64,000 nt of DNA, taken from positions 17,546,001-17,610,000 of the forward strand of contig OX597823.1 in the NCBI GenBank assembly GCA_951406725.2. Direction: 5' to 3'. Under the pieces are notes generated by a model, which saw only the letters and a list, made by a program, of their open reading frames with translations, did not search any database and was not told the DNA's origin. This stretch comes from Octopus vulgaris. Its lineage: Eukaryota. Shown here in pieces: positions 26,348 to 39,736 of this stretch; within the stretch, counting starts at the first letter, position 1; each line of letters opens with the position of its first letter. The position numbers were made by a program, and so were the translations under genes.

Positions 26348-27744
26348 TAGTTGTGCGCTGTTCGTGCTTTATAGAGATGATGGTTACAAGTGTTTTCTTG
26401 GTATGTATGAGGATTATGTTTTTTACTGTTGAAAGAAGCAAGATAGTTATGATTAAATTTGAGATTATTTTCGAGAGCTTTGTTCAGGGAGTGAGTGTAG
26501 GTTTTTGACATGATTTGTTTTGGTTGTATATGAATGTTGATGGTAATGGAAGAACGATGGTCAGTATGATCGAGAAAATGTGGGCGTTGTCAGAATTGAC
26601 GGTAAATGGGCCGATGGTGATTATACCGGGAAGAGTGCAGGGGACAAAGGACAAAAAAAAATACTAGTACTCAATGAAATTGATAAGGTGTGAATGAAAC
26701 AAAACTCCATCAGCACGTGGTGCGATAGTGTGATCTGATAGGAAAAACACGGACCGTAGAGATGAGAGACGCAAAAGCTGGTCATAAGCAGACATTTGAC
26801 AAAATATTCGCATGCCAGACGCGGTTGCTAGTGTAAGTGAGCTTGCCCATCTGAGGAATGAGATACTCTGTCGCGTGTTTCGAAAGATCCGGACATATCG
26901 CTGAGGGAGAGAAAGAAAGAAAGAAAAAATGAAAGAAGGAAAGAAAGAAAGAAAGGAAGAAAGAGGATTTGCTGTAGAAAGTTTAGTTGTAAGGAGCAAT
27001 TTTTTGGTTTATAAAAGCAATATCATTAATGCCAGTGTACTATCTATCTATCTACACACGTGTATGTGTGGGGTGTAAGTACGGGTGTATATTTATATAT
27101 CTATACATACATACATACATACATACATACATACATACATACATACATTCATACATACATACATACATACATACATACACATTTATACGTTTTACATATA
27201 AACATTATAAACTAAGATTTGTTTTCTAACTGACGGCTGATTACATCCATTGGTTTACTTTGGGTCATTTATAGGGACTGTTTATCTTTTATTTCTATGA
27301 CATGAGTTAGCAGTTTGAGAAATTTGCCGTCAAAACAATGTATTCGGTTTCAAAATTGTTAAATGTAACATTTACTTTTATATATTTTCATTCCATTTTT
27401 GTGTTTATTTAAAAATAAGTGATATTTCTCACACACACTTCCAGTGAATTTTGTCGCCTGGGTGACGTTGGTGATGCGTTCGCTTTTTGTTTCTTTCGAT
27501 TTTTGCGTGGGAAAACATATAAACAAGGATTTTTTTTAATAAAATAAACAAAGGAGAAAAGATACGGATAATAACAGAAATTTAAACAGTACAATTCCGG
27601 CAAACGAGTAATTTGCGTCGGTGGCTCAACAATATCTCACTAATCAATTCAATAAAATTTGAAAAATACACAGAATGTTTGTTCGTTTCCAGAAAAGTGG
27701 AGACCATTTGTAACGTCTCTCTCTATCGCTCTCTCTCTTTCTCT

Positions 27745-27781
<37 letters not shown>

Positions 27782-27951
27782 TCTCTCTCTCTCCCTTTCT
27801 CTCTCTTGCTCTTTCTCTCTCCCTCTCACACACACATGGGTTTAAATTTATGGGTATGTATGTGTATGTACGTATATATATATATATATATGTATTCATG
27901 CACACATACATATATAGTATACATACATTTACATATGCATACACACATGCA

Positions 27952-28046
<95 letters not shown>

Positions 28047-28134
28047 TAAACAATATTTTGTATCAATTTTTAGGAATATTTTGGGATTTATTTTACTTAG
28101 AAACGATACCCCTAATGCTTGTTGTTTTTATTGC

Positions 28135-28209
<75 letters not shown>

Positions 28210-28210
28210 C
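27952..28210. repeat. (ATCT)n and (ATT)n microsatellites
   Basis: Direct reading. Confidence 0.9.
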
Positions 28211-28211
28211 A

Positions 28212-28780
28212 TTGTTCAACTCTTGGTAGTTTCAGGCAAATTTCTTCTACATCACCTGCTACACCTCCATGTTGCAACATTGTGTTTTCTTTTCTGTTGC
28301 TGGGAGTGTGCAAACTCTTCCCGGTATTATATCACATCAGTTATTTTTGTCTTGAGATGTGGTGCAGTCTTTTGTTGTACTACTGCTTGTATTGTGTGTT
28401 GAGTGTGTAATGCATTGGTTAACTAGCTTGCTGGCGGAAGTTTATTTCACTGGATAATCGCTGTATATGTTTTGTGTTTGTGGGTTGTTTTGTTTAGGTT
28501 GTATTATTGAACTGATAGTGTCTTGTGTGAATGTGGGCTGTTCCTAGCAGGGCTACTTTTTGGATAGTGTGTAGTTTTAAGGAGCCAGGTATAGCTTCTA
28601 CGTTTTTGTTCATTTTGTTTTTATCATACCCAATTCTCCAATTATTAGTGGTATTGTTTTCACCTTCATGCCCCACATCTTGAGTACTTCTTTGTACTTG
28701 GACAATTTCTCCACTTCTTTTGACAATATTTTTATCAGAAGGGACTGCAATGTCTATCAGTAAGCAGGTGTTATTATCAG
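28212..28780 (-). mobile_element. R4/Dong-like LINE 3' fragment
   Basis: TCLLIDIAVPSDKNI..EVEKLSKYK..MWGMKVKTIPLIIGELG..IQKVALLGTAHI, then 3' UTR ending in (TAA)n. Confidence 0.85.
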
Positions 28781-28833
28781 TATTATTATTATTTTAGCAC
28801 GCCGGGAAAGTTGCCTTAAGAAGTCTTGAAGTT

Positions 28834-29495
28834 TCAATGGAATTGAAAAAGTGATACCGCTGGTATCACTTTTACACTACCCTCTCGCATTCCATACAGT
28901 CTTGCCATTTCCACTTTCGATTCAGAGTATTTAGTGATTTTTTCAACCTCTTTACTCACAACATTCATGTCATTTGGTATGGCTACATCAATGATCTGAC
29001 AGTATTTGTCTCTCTTATTCAATATGACAATATCCGGCTGAAGTTGTTTGATTACACGATCCGTCTGAAAATCATACTCACAACATCGTTACATGTCCAT
29101 CCTCCTGCATAACTGGCTACTTAGTACAATGATCATGCCAGTATTTGTTACTTCATATTGGTATTCACGGCATAAAAGCCAATGAAGACATACACACACA
29201 CTTCATCATGGCGGCGCTTGTATTCTTTTTGTGCAAGGCTTTCACATCCACTTACTAAGTGGGTCGCATTTTCCACAGTCTTTCCACAGAGTCTGCATTT
29301 TTGGGTGTCAGAAGTTTTATAGATGTTATACTTCTGACTTGGTACTCTGGTCTTGTGCACAATGATCATGTTTCAGTGGTACTTCAAATCACTTCGCATT
29401 TGCTGTATTATCCTTAACGTCCTGTGTATTCCTTTCAAACTCTCCTATTATTATTATCATTATTATTATTATTATTATTAATATTATTATTATTA

Positions 29496-29565
<70 letters not shown>

Positions 29566-29733
29566 GAAACTCACAGCTTATTTTGCTGAGTATGATGGAA
29601 AGTGTTAGCTTGTGCAGCAATAAGGTGATCATGGTTTCAGTGGTCATGCTTCAAGAACCCTGCGAAGAATTCTTGCAGTTCTAAGCAATGCTGATTTTTG
29701 TAGGTTTTCTACTTTCAAACCAATCTTTATTAA

Positions 29734-29735
<2 letters not shown>
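28834..29735 (-). mobile_element. R4/Dong-like LINE fragments (CCHC, PD..D endonuclease, stacked 3' ends)
   Basis: CRLCGKTVENATHLVSGC..YKRRHD; FQTDRVI..QPDIVIL..IIDVAIPND; separate end LQKSALLRTARILRRVLEA* at 29735-29644; pieces separated by (TAA)n. Confidence 0.85.
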
Positions 29736-29796
<61 letters not shown>

Positions 29797-29854
29797 CATT
29801 ATTATTATTATTATTGTGATTATTATCAATATTATTATTATTATTATTATTGTG

Positions 29855-29889
<35 letters not shown>

Positions 29890-29923
29890 TATCATTATTA
29901 TTATTATTATTATTACTATTATT

Positions 29924-29964
<41 letters not shown>

Positions 29965-30064
29965 TGTTATTATTATTATTATTATTATCATCATCATTAT
30001 TATTATTATTATTGTTATTATTATTATCATCATCATCGTTATTATTATTATTATTATTATTATT

Positions 30065-30619
30065 GAGTGAGAGAGCAGTTCATGCCATCAAAGTGACACT
30101 GGGGTAAAATATACGAAGCCCAATATACCCATCATGACTACCCGTCTGATAAGGGTACACCAGGCACATGCATCACAACCATATGTGTGCGACATGGTGA
30201 TCTCATATCAAGATAAACAGCACATGACCTTGCAGGTGGGGCCCAGTTAGAATTTTCTTCAGGTTGAGTAGCACATCCCGCTCAAAGGTCCCTGAATAAG
30301 GGTTGTTTAAGGATGTTGAAAGAACCACCCATGTTTCCAGAGGTGAATTATTCAAACCCCAAAGAATCCCTCTCAACACATGGCTATGATGCTCCCCCAC
30401 TACTTCTGCTCGTGATCAGAGATGCACATATCGTCAGCCACTAAGGGACATGCTCAACTGGTTAAGGTCAAACAACTGACAAGCAAATCTGTGGTATTGA
30501 GCAGAATATTTGCTGTAGCCCATCTTTTATACCAAGACAAAACAATGTACATGATAACACTTCCAATCAGTTAAGATCAGAAGCCATGAGAGCCACTGCC
30601 TGGTACTGCATCAAGGCAT
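30065..30619. mobile_element. 555-bp non-coding repeat element in a TAA array, copy 1
   Basis: Nearly identical to 30709-31265; both ends abut (TTA)n. Confidence 0.85.
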
Positions 30620-30637
30620 TTATTATTATTATTATTA

Positions 30638-30708
<71 letters not shown>

Positions 30709-31265
30709 GAGTGAGAGAGCAGTTCATGCCACCAATGTGACACTGGGGTAAAATATACGAAGCCCAATATACCCATCATGACTACCCGTCTGATAAGGGT
30801 TACACCAGGCACATGCATCACGACCATATGTGCGCGACATGGTGATCTCATATCAAGGTAAACAGCGCACGACTTTGCAGGTGGGGCCCAGTTAGAATTT
30901 TCTTCAGGTCGAGTAGCTCATCCTGCTCAAAAGGTCCCTGAATAAGGGTTGTTTAAGGATGTTGAAAGAACCACCCATGTTTCCAGAGGTGAATTATTCA
31001 AACCCCAAAGAATCCCTCTCAACACATGGCTATGATGCTCCCCCACTACTTCTGCTCGTGATCAGAGATGCACATATCGTCAGCCACTAAGGGACATGCT
31101 CAACTGGTGAAGGTCAAACAACTGACAAGCAAATCTGTGGTATTGAGCAGAATATTTGCTGTAGCCCATCTTTTATACCAAGACAAAACAATGTACATGA
31201 TAACACTTCCAATCAGTTAAGATCAGAAGCCATGAGAGCCATTGCCTGGTACTGCATCAGGGCAT
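30709..31265. mobile_element. 555-bp non-coding repeat element in a TAA array, copy 2
   Basis: Same termini GAGTGAGAGAGCAG...GGCATT as copy 1. Confidence 0.85.
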
Positions 31266-31989
31266 TTATTATTATTATTATGATTATTGTTATTGCTGCT
31301 GCTGCTGTTGTTGTCGTCGTCGTTGAGGTGTCAGTAATATATTAGCCTCAAATTACTCTTAAATTTGCTTCAGTTATTTACGTTCAAAAGTTAATTGAGG
31401 AAAGTTTCTTACAGAACATTCGTTAAGTCAACCAGAACACGTAGGGTTGCTTGACTTCTTTTTACTTCCCATCCCTTTGGGACTCAAAAATTTTTTTTAG
31501 AAAAATAATCAAATCTTGTTTTGATAAAAGTGCATTTTACAGATATGGTGTTGACTTCCACGGTTAGTAAACCAGAGCGAGATGCTAGAAGTCATTCGCA
31601 AAGACAGGTGCAGCACATGGAAAGGAGTAGGACGACTTTCAAGCGATGAAATTTCAAAGCTCAGACGATGGTGCCAATGGTACCGAGGCAATAACAACAA
31701 CAAGAGTAGCATTAGCAAAAGCAGCAATGGTATCAAAGACTGCATTCGGCTCATGGAAGGGGAGGAGGAGTTTTCATCGTGAAAGTTCTAACTTCAGTAA
31801 ATTGCAGCATCATCATAACGGTAAACAGTGATAGCAGTGATAACCCCAACATCAATAACAACAATATTTACAGAAGTAGTAGTACCAGAAACAATAGCAC
31901 TGATAGTTAGGCAACAATGGCAACAGCAGAAGAGGCAAAGGTACTAAAGATAGCAACAGCAGCGGCGGCAATCGCAGCGATAGCTCAGC

Positions 31990-32186
31990 AGTGGCGGCGC
32001 AATGGCCCAGTCGTTGGGGCAGCGGACTCACGGTCGTAAGAATGCGGTTTCGATTCCCAGACCGGGCATTGTGAGTGTTTATTAAGCAAAAACACCTAAG
32101 CTCCACGAGGCTCCGGCGGTGGGGGTGGGGTGAACCCCGCTGTACTCTTTCCCCACAACTTTCTCTCACTCTTTCTTCCTACTTCT
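31990..32186 (+). mobile_element. SINE family C, 5' part
   Basis: Family consensus match. Confidence 0.8.
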
Positions 32187-32473
32187 GCCACAAAGCAGAG
32201 GAACCATGGTGTAACCCACAATAGTGTGGTAAACTTTCAGACCCTAGTCTTGATTGCGAATCCTCTGTACCCCAGGATGGTTCAGCTCTCCACCCGTTAA
32301 AAGCCACCGTTTACGGAATGAGGATAACAACGTAGCTTTCGCGCCCGTGCAACCGCCAGTCTATCGCGTGTGGCTGGGTGGATCTTCAAGTTGCCCCACG
32401 CATTCTTAGTAACTTAGAGTAGGCTCGAATTAGAGATTATTCTTTGTGGCTAATAGCGTGAGTCCTGATTGGA

Positions 32474-32560
32474 AGAAAAAGAAGAAGAAGAAGAAGAAGA
32501 AGAAGAAGAAGAAGAAGAAGAAGAAGAAGAAGAAGAAGAAGAAGAAGAAGAAGAAGAAGA
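32474..32560. repeat. (AAG)n microsatellite
   Basis: Direct reading. Confidence 0.95.
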
Positions 32561-32987
32561 GCAGCAGCAGCAACAACAACCACTATAATGGCAGAAACAA
32601 AAGTAGCACTGACAGCAGCAGCATAAGAAGCAGCAACAACAGCAGCCGTTCCAGAATTTGGACCTGGAGGTCTCCATTTCCAGCGACTTCGAGGGCTACC
32701 TCACAGTGGTGTCGGGCGTCAACGAAGAGCCCTCGACTACAACAAGACGACCAAAGTTTTTTTTTCTCAAAGGTCTAGAGTCTCCCGCCCCTAAGCCTTA
32801 GACCATCACCTAATCACCCTTACCCGTCTTGTTGCTTAAAAACAAATAACAACAACAACAGCAGTAGCAACAGAAACAACAAGTCTAAGAGTAGCTACAA
32901 CAGCAATGATAGTAGTGACAAAAGCAATAACGCTAGCTGAATATTCACTAATAACACCACGGACAGCAACAACCACATCAAAAAGGT

Positions 32988-33370
32988 CGATGAGACTTAA
33001 TCGAAGATGAAAGTGTATGTCCAGGACTGCAATTCTCTCAAGAGATGAACTAGAAACAGTGAACCTGACAAACAGCGATCACACTTGCTCGCTGTCAAGG
33101 AAACACTGACCAGGCTTGACCGCTTGCTCTTCCACTTTCCGTGGAAGGGATGGATTCTGCTGATCAGCCGGTCTGTACTATCAACATTCACACCAAGGAG
33201 GGCTGTGCATTGCCGTGGCTAATGGTGCGCAGACATGTGCAGAGGCTCCTCTGTTTCCTTGACAGTGAGCAGGTGTGGCCGCTGTTTGTCAGATTCTCTA
33301 TTTCTAGTTAATTTCTTTGACAGAATTGTAGTCCTGGACAGACACTTTCCCCTTCCATTAAGTCTCATCG
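32988..33370. mobile_element. MITE-like element with ~120-bp imperfect TIRs
   Basis: CGATGAGACTTAA..GTCAAGGAAACA mirrored by TGTTTCCTTGAC..TTAAGTCTCATCG. Confidence 0.7.
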
Positions 33371-33469
33371 CCTTTCTTTTAGAAGTTTCATTAGAAAAGG
33401 AAGCTGAAGTTCGAAAGGAAGTACTGTTTCGCTATAAATCTATTGAAAAGTTGTTGAATACGGGGAGAA

Positions 33470-34230
33470 TGACCCGAGTTGCCCCTACGTGACAGAGCGA
33501 ACGGGTGGAAGAAGGAATGCCTCCAGTGAAACTGTCCTGCACGCGATTGTGCAATGCCTCAAGGTGACTGAGCTCTGGGCTTATGTCGAACACCTGTTGT
33601 CGCATTCGAGAAGAGTACAACTGTCGAGCGAATCTGTAATTAAGATCGTTTCGCCGACCTCCCTGAATAGGGAGGAGTGAGCCTGTTTTCTCTCGGTAGT
33701 TGCTGTTGCTAAAGAGGTAGTATGGAAGACGAGAGTGAAAGGAATTGCAACAGGCATGTTCATCTCCAGTCTCGAGCTAATCGACTTTTTCGTTTTCCAC
33801 ATGAAATGGAAAATAAGGCTGGAGAAGAAATGCCTGTCGCAAAGTGTTTCGTAAAAGATGGAATTCTATAGTAAGTATGGTGCGAGTGAAAGAACCTGTT
33901 TAAACGAGAATATAAAAAGGAGAAAGCAAAGTCTTCAGTGTGAGTATGTGGTTTGTGGGGTCAACCGCGTCCTCCGCTTCATTTTTTAAAAATCATTCAT
34001 TCTCATTTAATTGTATGTATTTCAATTGTTTGTTTATTCATACGTTTCGTCTCATTCGATACCCTGACCCCAAAGTTTGTTTTGTTTGTCCTCATATCGT
34101 CCCCTCGTTTTCTAAGCCTGGAGAAGAAATGCCTGTCGCAAAGTGTGTTCCGTAAAAGATGGAAGTCTATAGCAAGTATGTTGCGGGTGAAAGAACCTGT
34201 TTAATAGAGAATATAAAAAGGAGAAAGCAA
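33470..34230 (+). mobile_element. Tx1/L1-type LINE ORF2 C-terminus with duplicated 3' end
   Basis: SETVLHAIVQC..LW..VAVAKEVVWKTR..RW motif; 33817-33929 repeated at 34117-34229. Confidence 0.7.
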
Positions 34231-34634
34231 TAAAGAAATTGACTGGAAATACTGAAAATATGGAAGCGAGTGGGATAACTTAGAAAAATTACACAAAACA
34301 AATAACATGAAAACAATTATTTAGAGCTGCGATGGTTGATGCTCAAGTAAACTGGTCTTGTGACATGCTTCATCAGTCAGTTTCAAAAAGGAGAACAAGC
34401 CAGCATAACAGCATATCTTTGAAGATACATTCGTGTGCGTATGTATGTATGCATGTATGTATGAGAGTCTATGTGTATATATATTCATACATATGTTCAT
34501 ATGTGTGTGGATGTGTGTGTGTAGTAAATTTAGTTGGAGTGAAAGGAATTAAGAACTCTTTGTTAAAATATGTTAGCAGGCTACAAACACACATCAGCAG
34601 TTAACTGATTTCTTGTGATGTCGAGGAGCCGAAA

Positions 34635-35215
34635 ACTACCTGGGAAGTTCCGAGGATTTTCTACCTTCAGGGAACTTACGTGGAAAACTTCCCGGGAAGT
34701 TCCGAGGATTTTCTAAAGTCCGGGAAGTTTCGTCGAAAACTTCATGGGAAGTTCTGAGGATTTTCTAAAGTCCGGAAAGTTTCATTGAAAACTTCCTTCG
34801 AAGTTCCGAGGATTTTCTAACTTTTGGGAGATTTCGTCGAAAACTTCATGGGAAGTTCCGAGGATTTTCTAAAGTCAGGGAAGTTTCGTCGAAAACTTCA
34901 TGGGAAGTTCCGAGGATTATCTAACTTCCGGGAAGTTTGGTCGAAATTTTCCTGGGAAGTTCCGAGGATTTTCTAACTTCTGGGAAGTTTGGTCGAAAAT
35001 TTCCTGGGAAGTTCCGAGGATTGTCTAACGTACGGAAGTTTCGTCGAAAACTTCAAGGGATGTTCCGATGATTATCTAACTTCTGGGAAAATTCGTCGAA
35101 ATTTTCGTGGGAAGTTCCGAGGGTTTTCTAACTTCCGGAAATTTCTTCGAAAACTTCCTGGGAAGTTACGAGGGTTTTCTAACTTCTGGGAAAGTTGGTC
35201 GAAAACTGGGAAGTT
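34635..35215. repeat. 52-bp minisatellite (about 11 units)
   Basis: Unit GGGAAGTTCCGAGGATTTTCTAACTTCCGGGAAGTTTCGTCGAAAACTTCAT; unit starts at 34694, 34746, 34850. Confidence 0.9.
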
Positions 35216-35672
35216 GGTCGACTATTGACAGTTTTACTTTATTATCAGCAATGAGCAAAATTTGCGAGTGTGACACTAGACTTTTGTTGGCTCAGGCCAC
35301 ATGGCTTTAAATAGGTACCATGTGGTATGTTAAACGGCTATCTTTTGGAGAGCAGGTGTCTTGGACTACACGATAAAGCGTGCACATAGCCTATCCATCA
35401 GCAATTAATATCTGCCGAATTTCCTTACCATCTTCAAAACTGAAGGAACTACTGGAAAATGCAATGGATTTAAAGAAGCATTGGATGGTCCACGAAGCAT
35501 TGGATGGTCCAAATTGAAACATTTTTGATTCTAGGTCTTTTTAATAATATATGACCTGGAACCAAATAACAACATACACACATACCCCCATCTCAAACCC
35601 ATATTTCTTTTAAGATTACTACGTTACTGCGTTGCCCTCAATTTCCTCAATAATAATAGTAATAATAATAAA

Positions 35673-35754
<82 letters not shown>

Positions 35755-35755
35755 T

Positions 35756-36101
35756 AGCTGTGAGGTAAGTAGCTTGCTTACCAACCACATGGTTCCGGGT
35801 TCAGTCCCACTGCGTGGCACCTTGGGCAAGTGTCTTCTTCTATAGCCTCGGGCCGACCAACGCCTTGTGAGTGGATTTGCTAGACGGAAACTGAAAGAAA
35901 CCCGTCGTATATATGTATATGTATATATGTGTGTGTGTGTTTGTGTGTCTGTGTTTGTCTCCCCCCCAACATCGCTTGACAACCGATGCTGGTGTGTTTA
36001 CGTCCCCGTAACTTAGCGGTTCGGCAAAAGAGACAGATAGAATAAGTACTAGGCTTACAAAGAATAAGTCCTGGGGTCGATTTTCTCGACTAAAGGCGGT
36101 G
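35756..36101 (+). mobile_element. SINE family B
   Basis: Family consensus match, 3' truncated. Confidence 0.85.
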
Positions 36102-36227
36102 TATCTTATTTTTTATTCTATGTTTTATTTAAACAAGAATATATTTGTTAAGATATTTCGTATTTTAAAAGATTATATACGTATATTTATTAATTTATCT
36201 AATTAATTATTTTACTGTTTTTATCTC

Positions 36228-36310
36228 TAACCTGAAGAGTGTCTATATTTATATTGAAGTGATTTTACTATTATTATTTCTTAAATATAACCTCGAAATA
36301 TGTGTAGTTA
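36228..36310 (+). ncRNA. Type-I hammerhead-like motif
   Basis: TAAC CTGAAGA G..TATATTT..AAATATA..C GAAA TATGTG TA GTTA; GUA site. Confidence 0.6.
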
Positions 36311-36465
36311 TTCTACCAAATATATACGTTTTATTTATTATTTTGTACATTACTTAATCATTGGTATATGTTTTATCGTATATTTAATCTTTCTATAAGA
36401 TGTAATTTTTCTAAATGGTATAATATAATTTTTTTCATTATGGAATTGATAAAAGGTAGTTTTCT

Positions 36466-36546
<81 letters not shown>

Positions 36547-36559
36547 TGCAGCACGGACT

Positions 36560-37104
36560 TTGTCAGTGAACAGGTCGCGGATTTTAGCGACGAAAATATT
36601 TTGACAAATTAAACTTAAATGTTGAAGTGAATTGAACGGCTTTTGTGTGTTTCTTAAATGGCTTATAAACACCTTCCACGCTGCAATTGTTTGTGTATAT
36701 ATATATACATTTATATATTCGTTTTGCAAGATTCTCGATGTGAAATCGTGTGTTGAAACAGATATTGTTGTATTTAGGGATGGTCATGTTGCCAGTTTAG
36801 TCAATAAAAATACACGCACTATATATTTGGTGTTCACTTGCTTCAGTTTTATTTTATTTTTTATTTTTGTACATTAATCGTATTTCGACCGGATTTCTTT
36901 CGTCACACTTCTGTGACCTCATCAGTGGTCCTTTGCTTTCTCCTTTCTTATTTGTATGTCTTTCCTTACTACCAATCAGCCATTTTGTATTTTGTATATA
37001 CGATTCATGTAAAAAAATAAAATAAAGCTGAAGCAAATTAACACTAAATATATGATGCGTGTGTTTTTATTGGCTACACTGGCAACATGGCCATCCATAA
37101 ATGT

Positions 37105-37110
<6 letters not shown>
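36560..37110. mobile_element. Penelope-like pseudo-LTR fragment with ~100-bp inverted repeat
   Basis: IR 36763-36868 / 37010-37110; (TA)n flanks; related sequence at 42290-42420 and 49280-49350. Confidence 0.65.
36887..36930 (-). ncRNA. Minimal hammerhead-like motif
   Basis: GACCA CTGATGA GGTCAC-AGAAGT-GTGAC GAAA GAAA TC CGGTC; stem III weak. Confidence 0.5.
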
Positions 37111-37163
<53 letters not shown>

Positions 37164-37164
<1 letters not shown>

Positions 37165-37531
37165 GAGCAACCCCCGTCCAATGGACGGTTCTCAGTGGTC
37201 AAACATTTAAACCAAATTTTCTCAAAACAACCTCCAATAAGCCTCCCCTTTGAGAAACACTGATTTAAACTAAATTTGTGACACTAGCAAAAGAAGAAAT
37301 AAATATAAACTTTTTTCTATTTCAAGAACAACGATTTTACAAATGCACGTACCTACGGCTTTATCGATCGCATTCTCACCTGGAATCGATTTTTGTAATT
37401 TTTTCAAGACGTATACACGCCCTGATACCGTCGGTTTCTACATATCAAATTTATGCGCAATCGGATGGCGGATGCTCGAGATCCTAGAAGACACACACAT
37501 ACAGACAGACAGAACGGATTTTATATAATAG

Positions 37532-37532
<1 letters not shown>
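37164..37532 (-). mobile_element. Non-autonomous Helitron-like element (family 2), internally deleted
   Basis: Homologous to 9805-10333; hairpin CCGTCCATTGGACGG then CTCG|T. Confidence 0.7.
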
Positions 37533-37578
<46 letters not shown>

Positions 37579-37589
37579 TTTGTATATCG

Positions 37590-37845
37590 GTATTGACCAA
37601 GCTATCGGATGTCGTCATGCATCGCTGAATACAATGCGCTTCGCATTCTTTTAGCTTTCGAGCGTTCTACCTGATCGCTGGGCTATTCCATCGCAGGGTT
37701 TCCCATTTACAGTTGAGTGGAATGAAGCAGCGCGAAATGAAATGTTTTGTTCAAGAACACACAGCGCCGTCCAGTCCAGGAGTGGGATCCACAATCCAAC
37801 GGTCGTGAGCGCAGCACCCTAGCCTCTAGGCCACGCGCCTTCACA
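37590..37845 (-). mobile_element. SINE family D
   Basis: GTGAAGGCGCGTGGCCTAG head; TGTGTTCTTGAACAAAAC; CCCTGCGATGGA domain. Confidence 0.7.
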
Positions 37846-37850
37846 CAGAC

Positions 37851-37882
<32 letters not shown>

Positions 37883-37893
37883 GTGTGTGTGTT

Positions 37894-37925
<32 letters not shown>

Positions 37926-38555
37926 CTTTCAATAGTAAAAGATACATAAAAAATGTGAAAACTTTCCTGATAACATTTGGCTGGCATTGAACTATTTTTA
38001 GCCAAAATTTTTGCTTGCCCATAATTACTCCAAACTTTTGCTCCATCCGGCAAATCAATTGTCTTGATCGATACATTTCTTGGATAATCCCGAAAGCGTA
38101 TTTCCGTCAATATCGGTTTGTTTTATACAGCTTATTATTTTATAAACAAGTGTTACCCCAGTGTTATCATATTTAATACACATTTAATGTATAGAAGATT
38201 ACAAAACAAGCTGGAAATAAACATACGACAAGAAATAAAAGAAGAAAAACGAAATAGAATACACTAATGTTGGTCAAATAACTTTTGCCATTTTCATTTT
38301 TGCTGCAAGTGTGAGTTACAACCTTCGATATGCTTTGGTTATATTCTGATCTTATCAGCGAAATATTGTGCTTACTGTAATGCTCGAAGTATTAATGAAA
38401 GAGTTTCTAAATAATTGTAAAACATTTATTGGACAAGGATGAGAATAAAATTGCTAAGAAACTTTATTAACATGTGTATATGTACTGCATAGACATACAC
38501 CTCTTCCAACGTATATCTCTTTTTAAAAATACCTACAGGCTACAGTGTTGCATTC

Positions 38556-38820
<265 letters not shown>

Positions 38821-39268
38821 CTGTCCTCACTGTATACAGTGCAGATAGCGAATTTTTGCATTTTTTCTATTTCTCCACATTTGTTCTTTAATCAATATTA
38901 ACGGATTGGTTATGTGGAAAAAAAAAAACATGATCCTAAAGGAATCTATTTCTTGCCCATGACCCAAATGACCATTTTAAAGTATAAGTTGTGCAATGGA
39001 ATTTGCAGTCAGTGTACAGTCACTCTTGTATAATCCTTCTTACGTCCATTTCTTTATTAATACAAGTGAAGTGATTAATTACTGGGAAAACTATTGCAAT
39101 TTAAATTTATTAATTGCGCCTTCAATAAAATTAATGCAGATGCCGCAGTTGGGGTCTTCTCAGTTTTTGGCAGTTGGAGTTGTACTTCAGGCAGATAATT
39201 TGGCGCTGGTCATTAATTACTTCTGGGATTTTGATTGATTTTACTCTTAATTTAAAATACGTACAAGT

Positions 39269-39428
39269 AGGAGTGGCTGTGTGGTAAGTAGTTTGCTTAC
39301 CAACCACATGGTTCCGGGTTCAGTCCCACTGCGTGGCATCTTGGGCAAGTGTCTTCGGCTATAGCCCCGGGCCGACCAATGCCTTGTGAGTGGATTTGGT
39401 AGACGGAAACTGAAAGAAGCCTGTCGTA

Positions 39429-39510
<82 letters not shown>

Positions 39511-39736
39511 TGTTTGTGTGTGTGTGTTTGGCCCCTAGCATTGCTTGACAACCGATGCTGGTGTGCTTACGTCCCCGTCACTTAGCGGTTCGGCAAAAGA
39601 GACCGATAGAATAAGTACTAGGCTTACAAAGAAATAAGTCCCGGGGTCGATTTGCTCGACTAAAGGCGGTGCTCCAGCATGGCCGCAGTCAAATGACTGA
39701 AACAAGTAAAAGAGTAAAAGAGAGAGAGAGAGAGTA
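39269..39736 (+). mobile_element. SINE family B, full length
   Basis: Complete head, internal (TA)n(TG)n, GTAAAAGA tandem tail. Confidence 0.9.

Noticed and set aside
26664-26999. 111-aa minus ORF or exon after a polypyrimidine tract and CAG
   Set aside because: No recognisable domain or clear donor site; the tract is a (CTTT)n repeat
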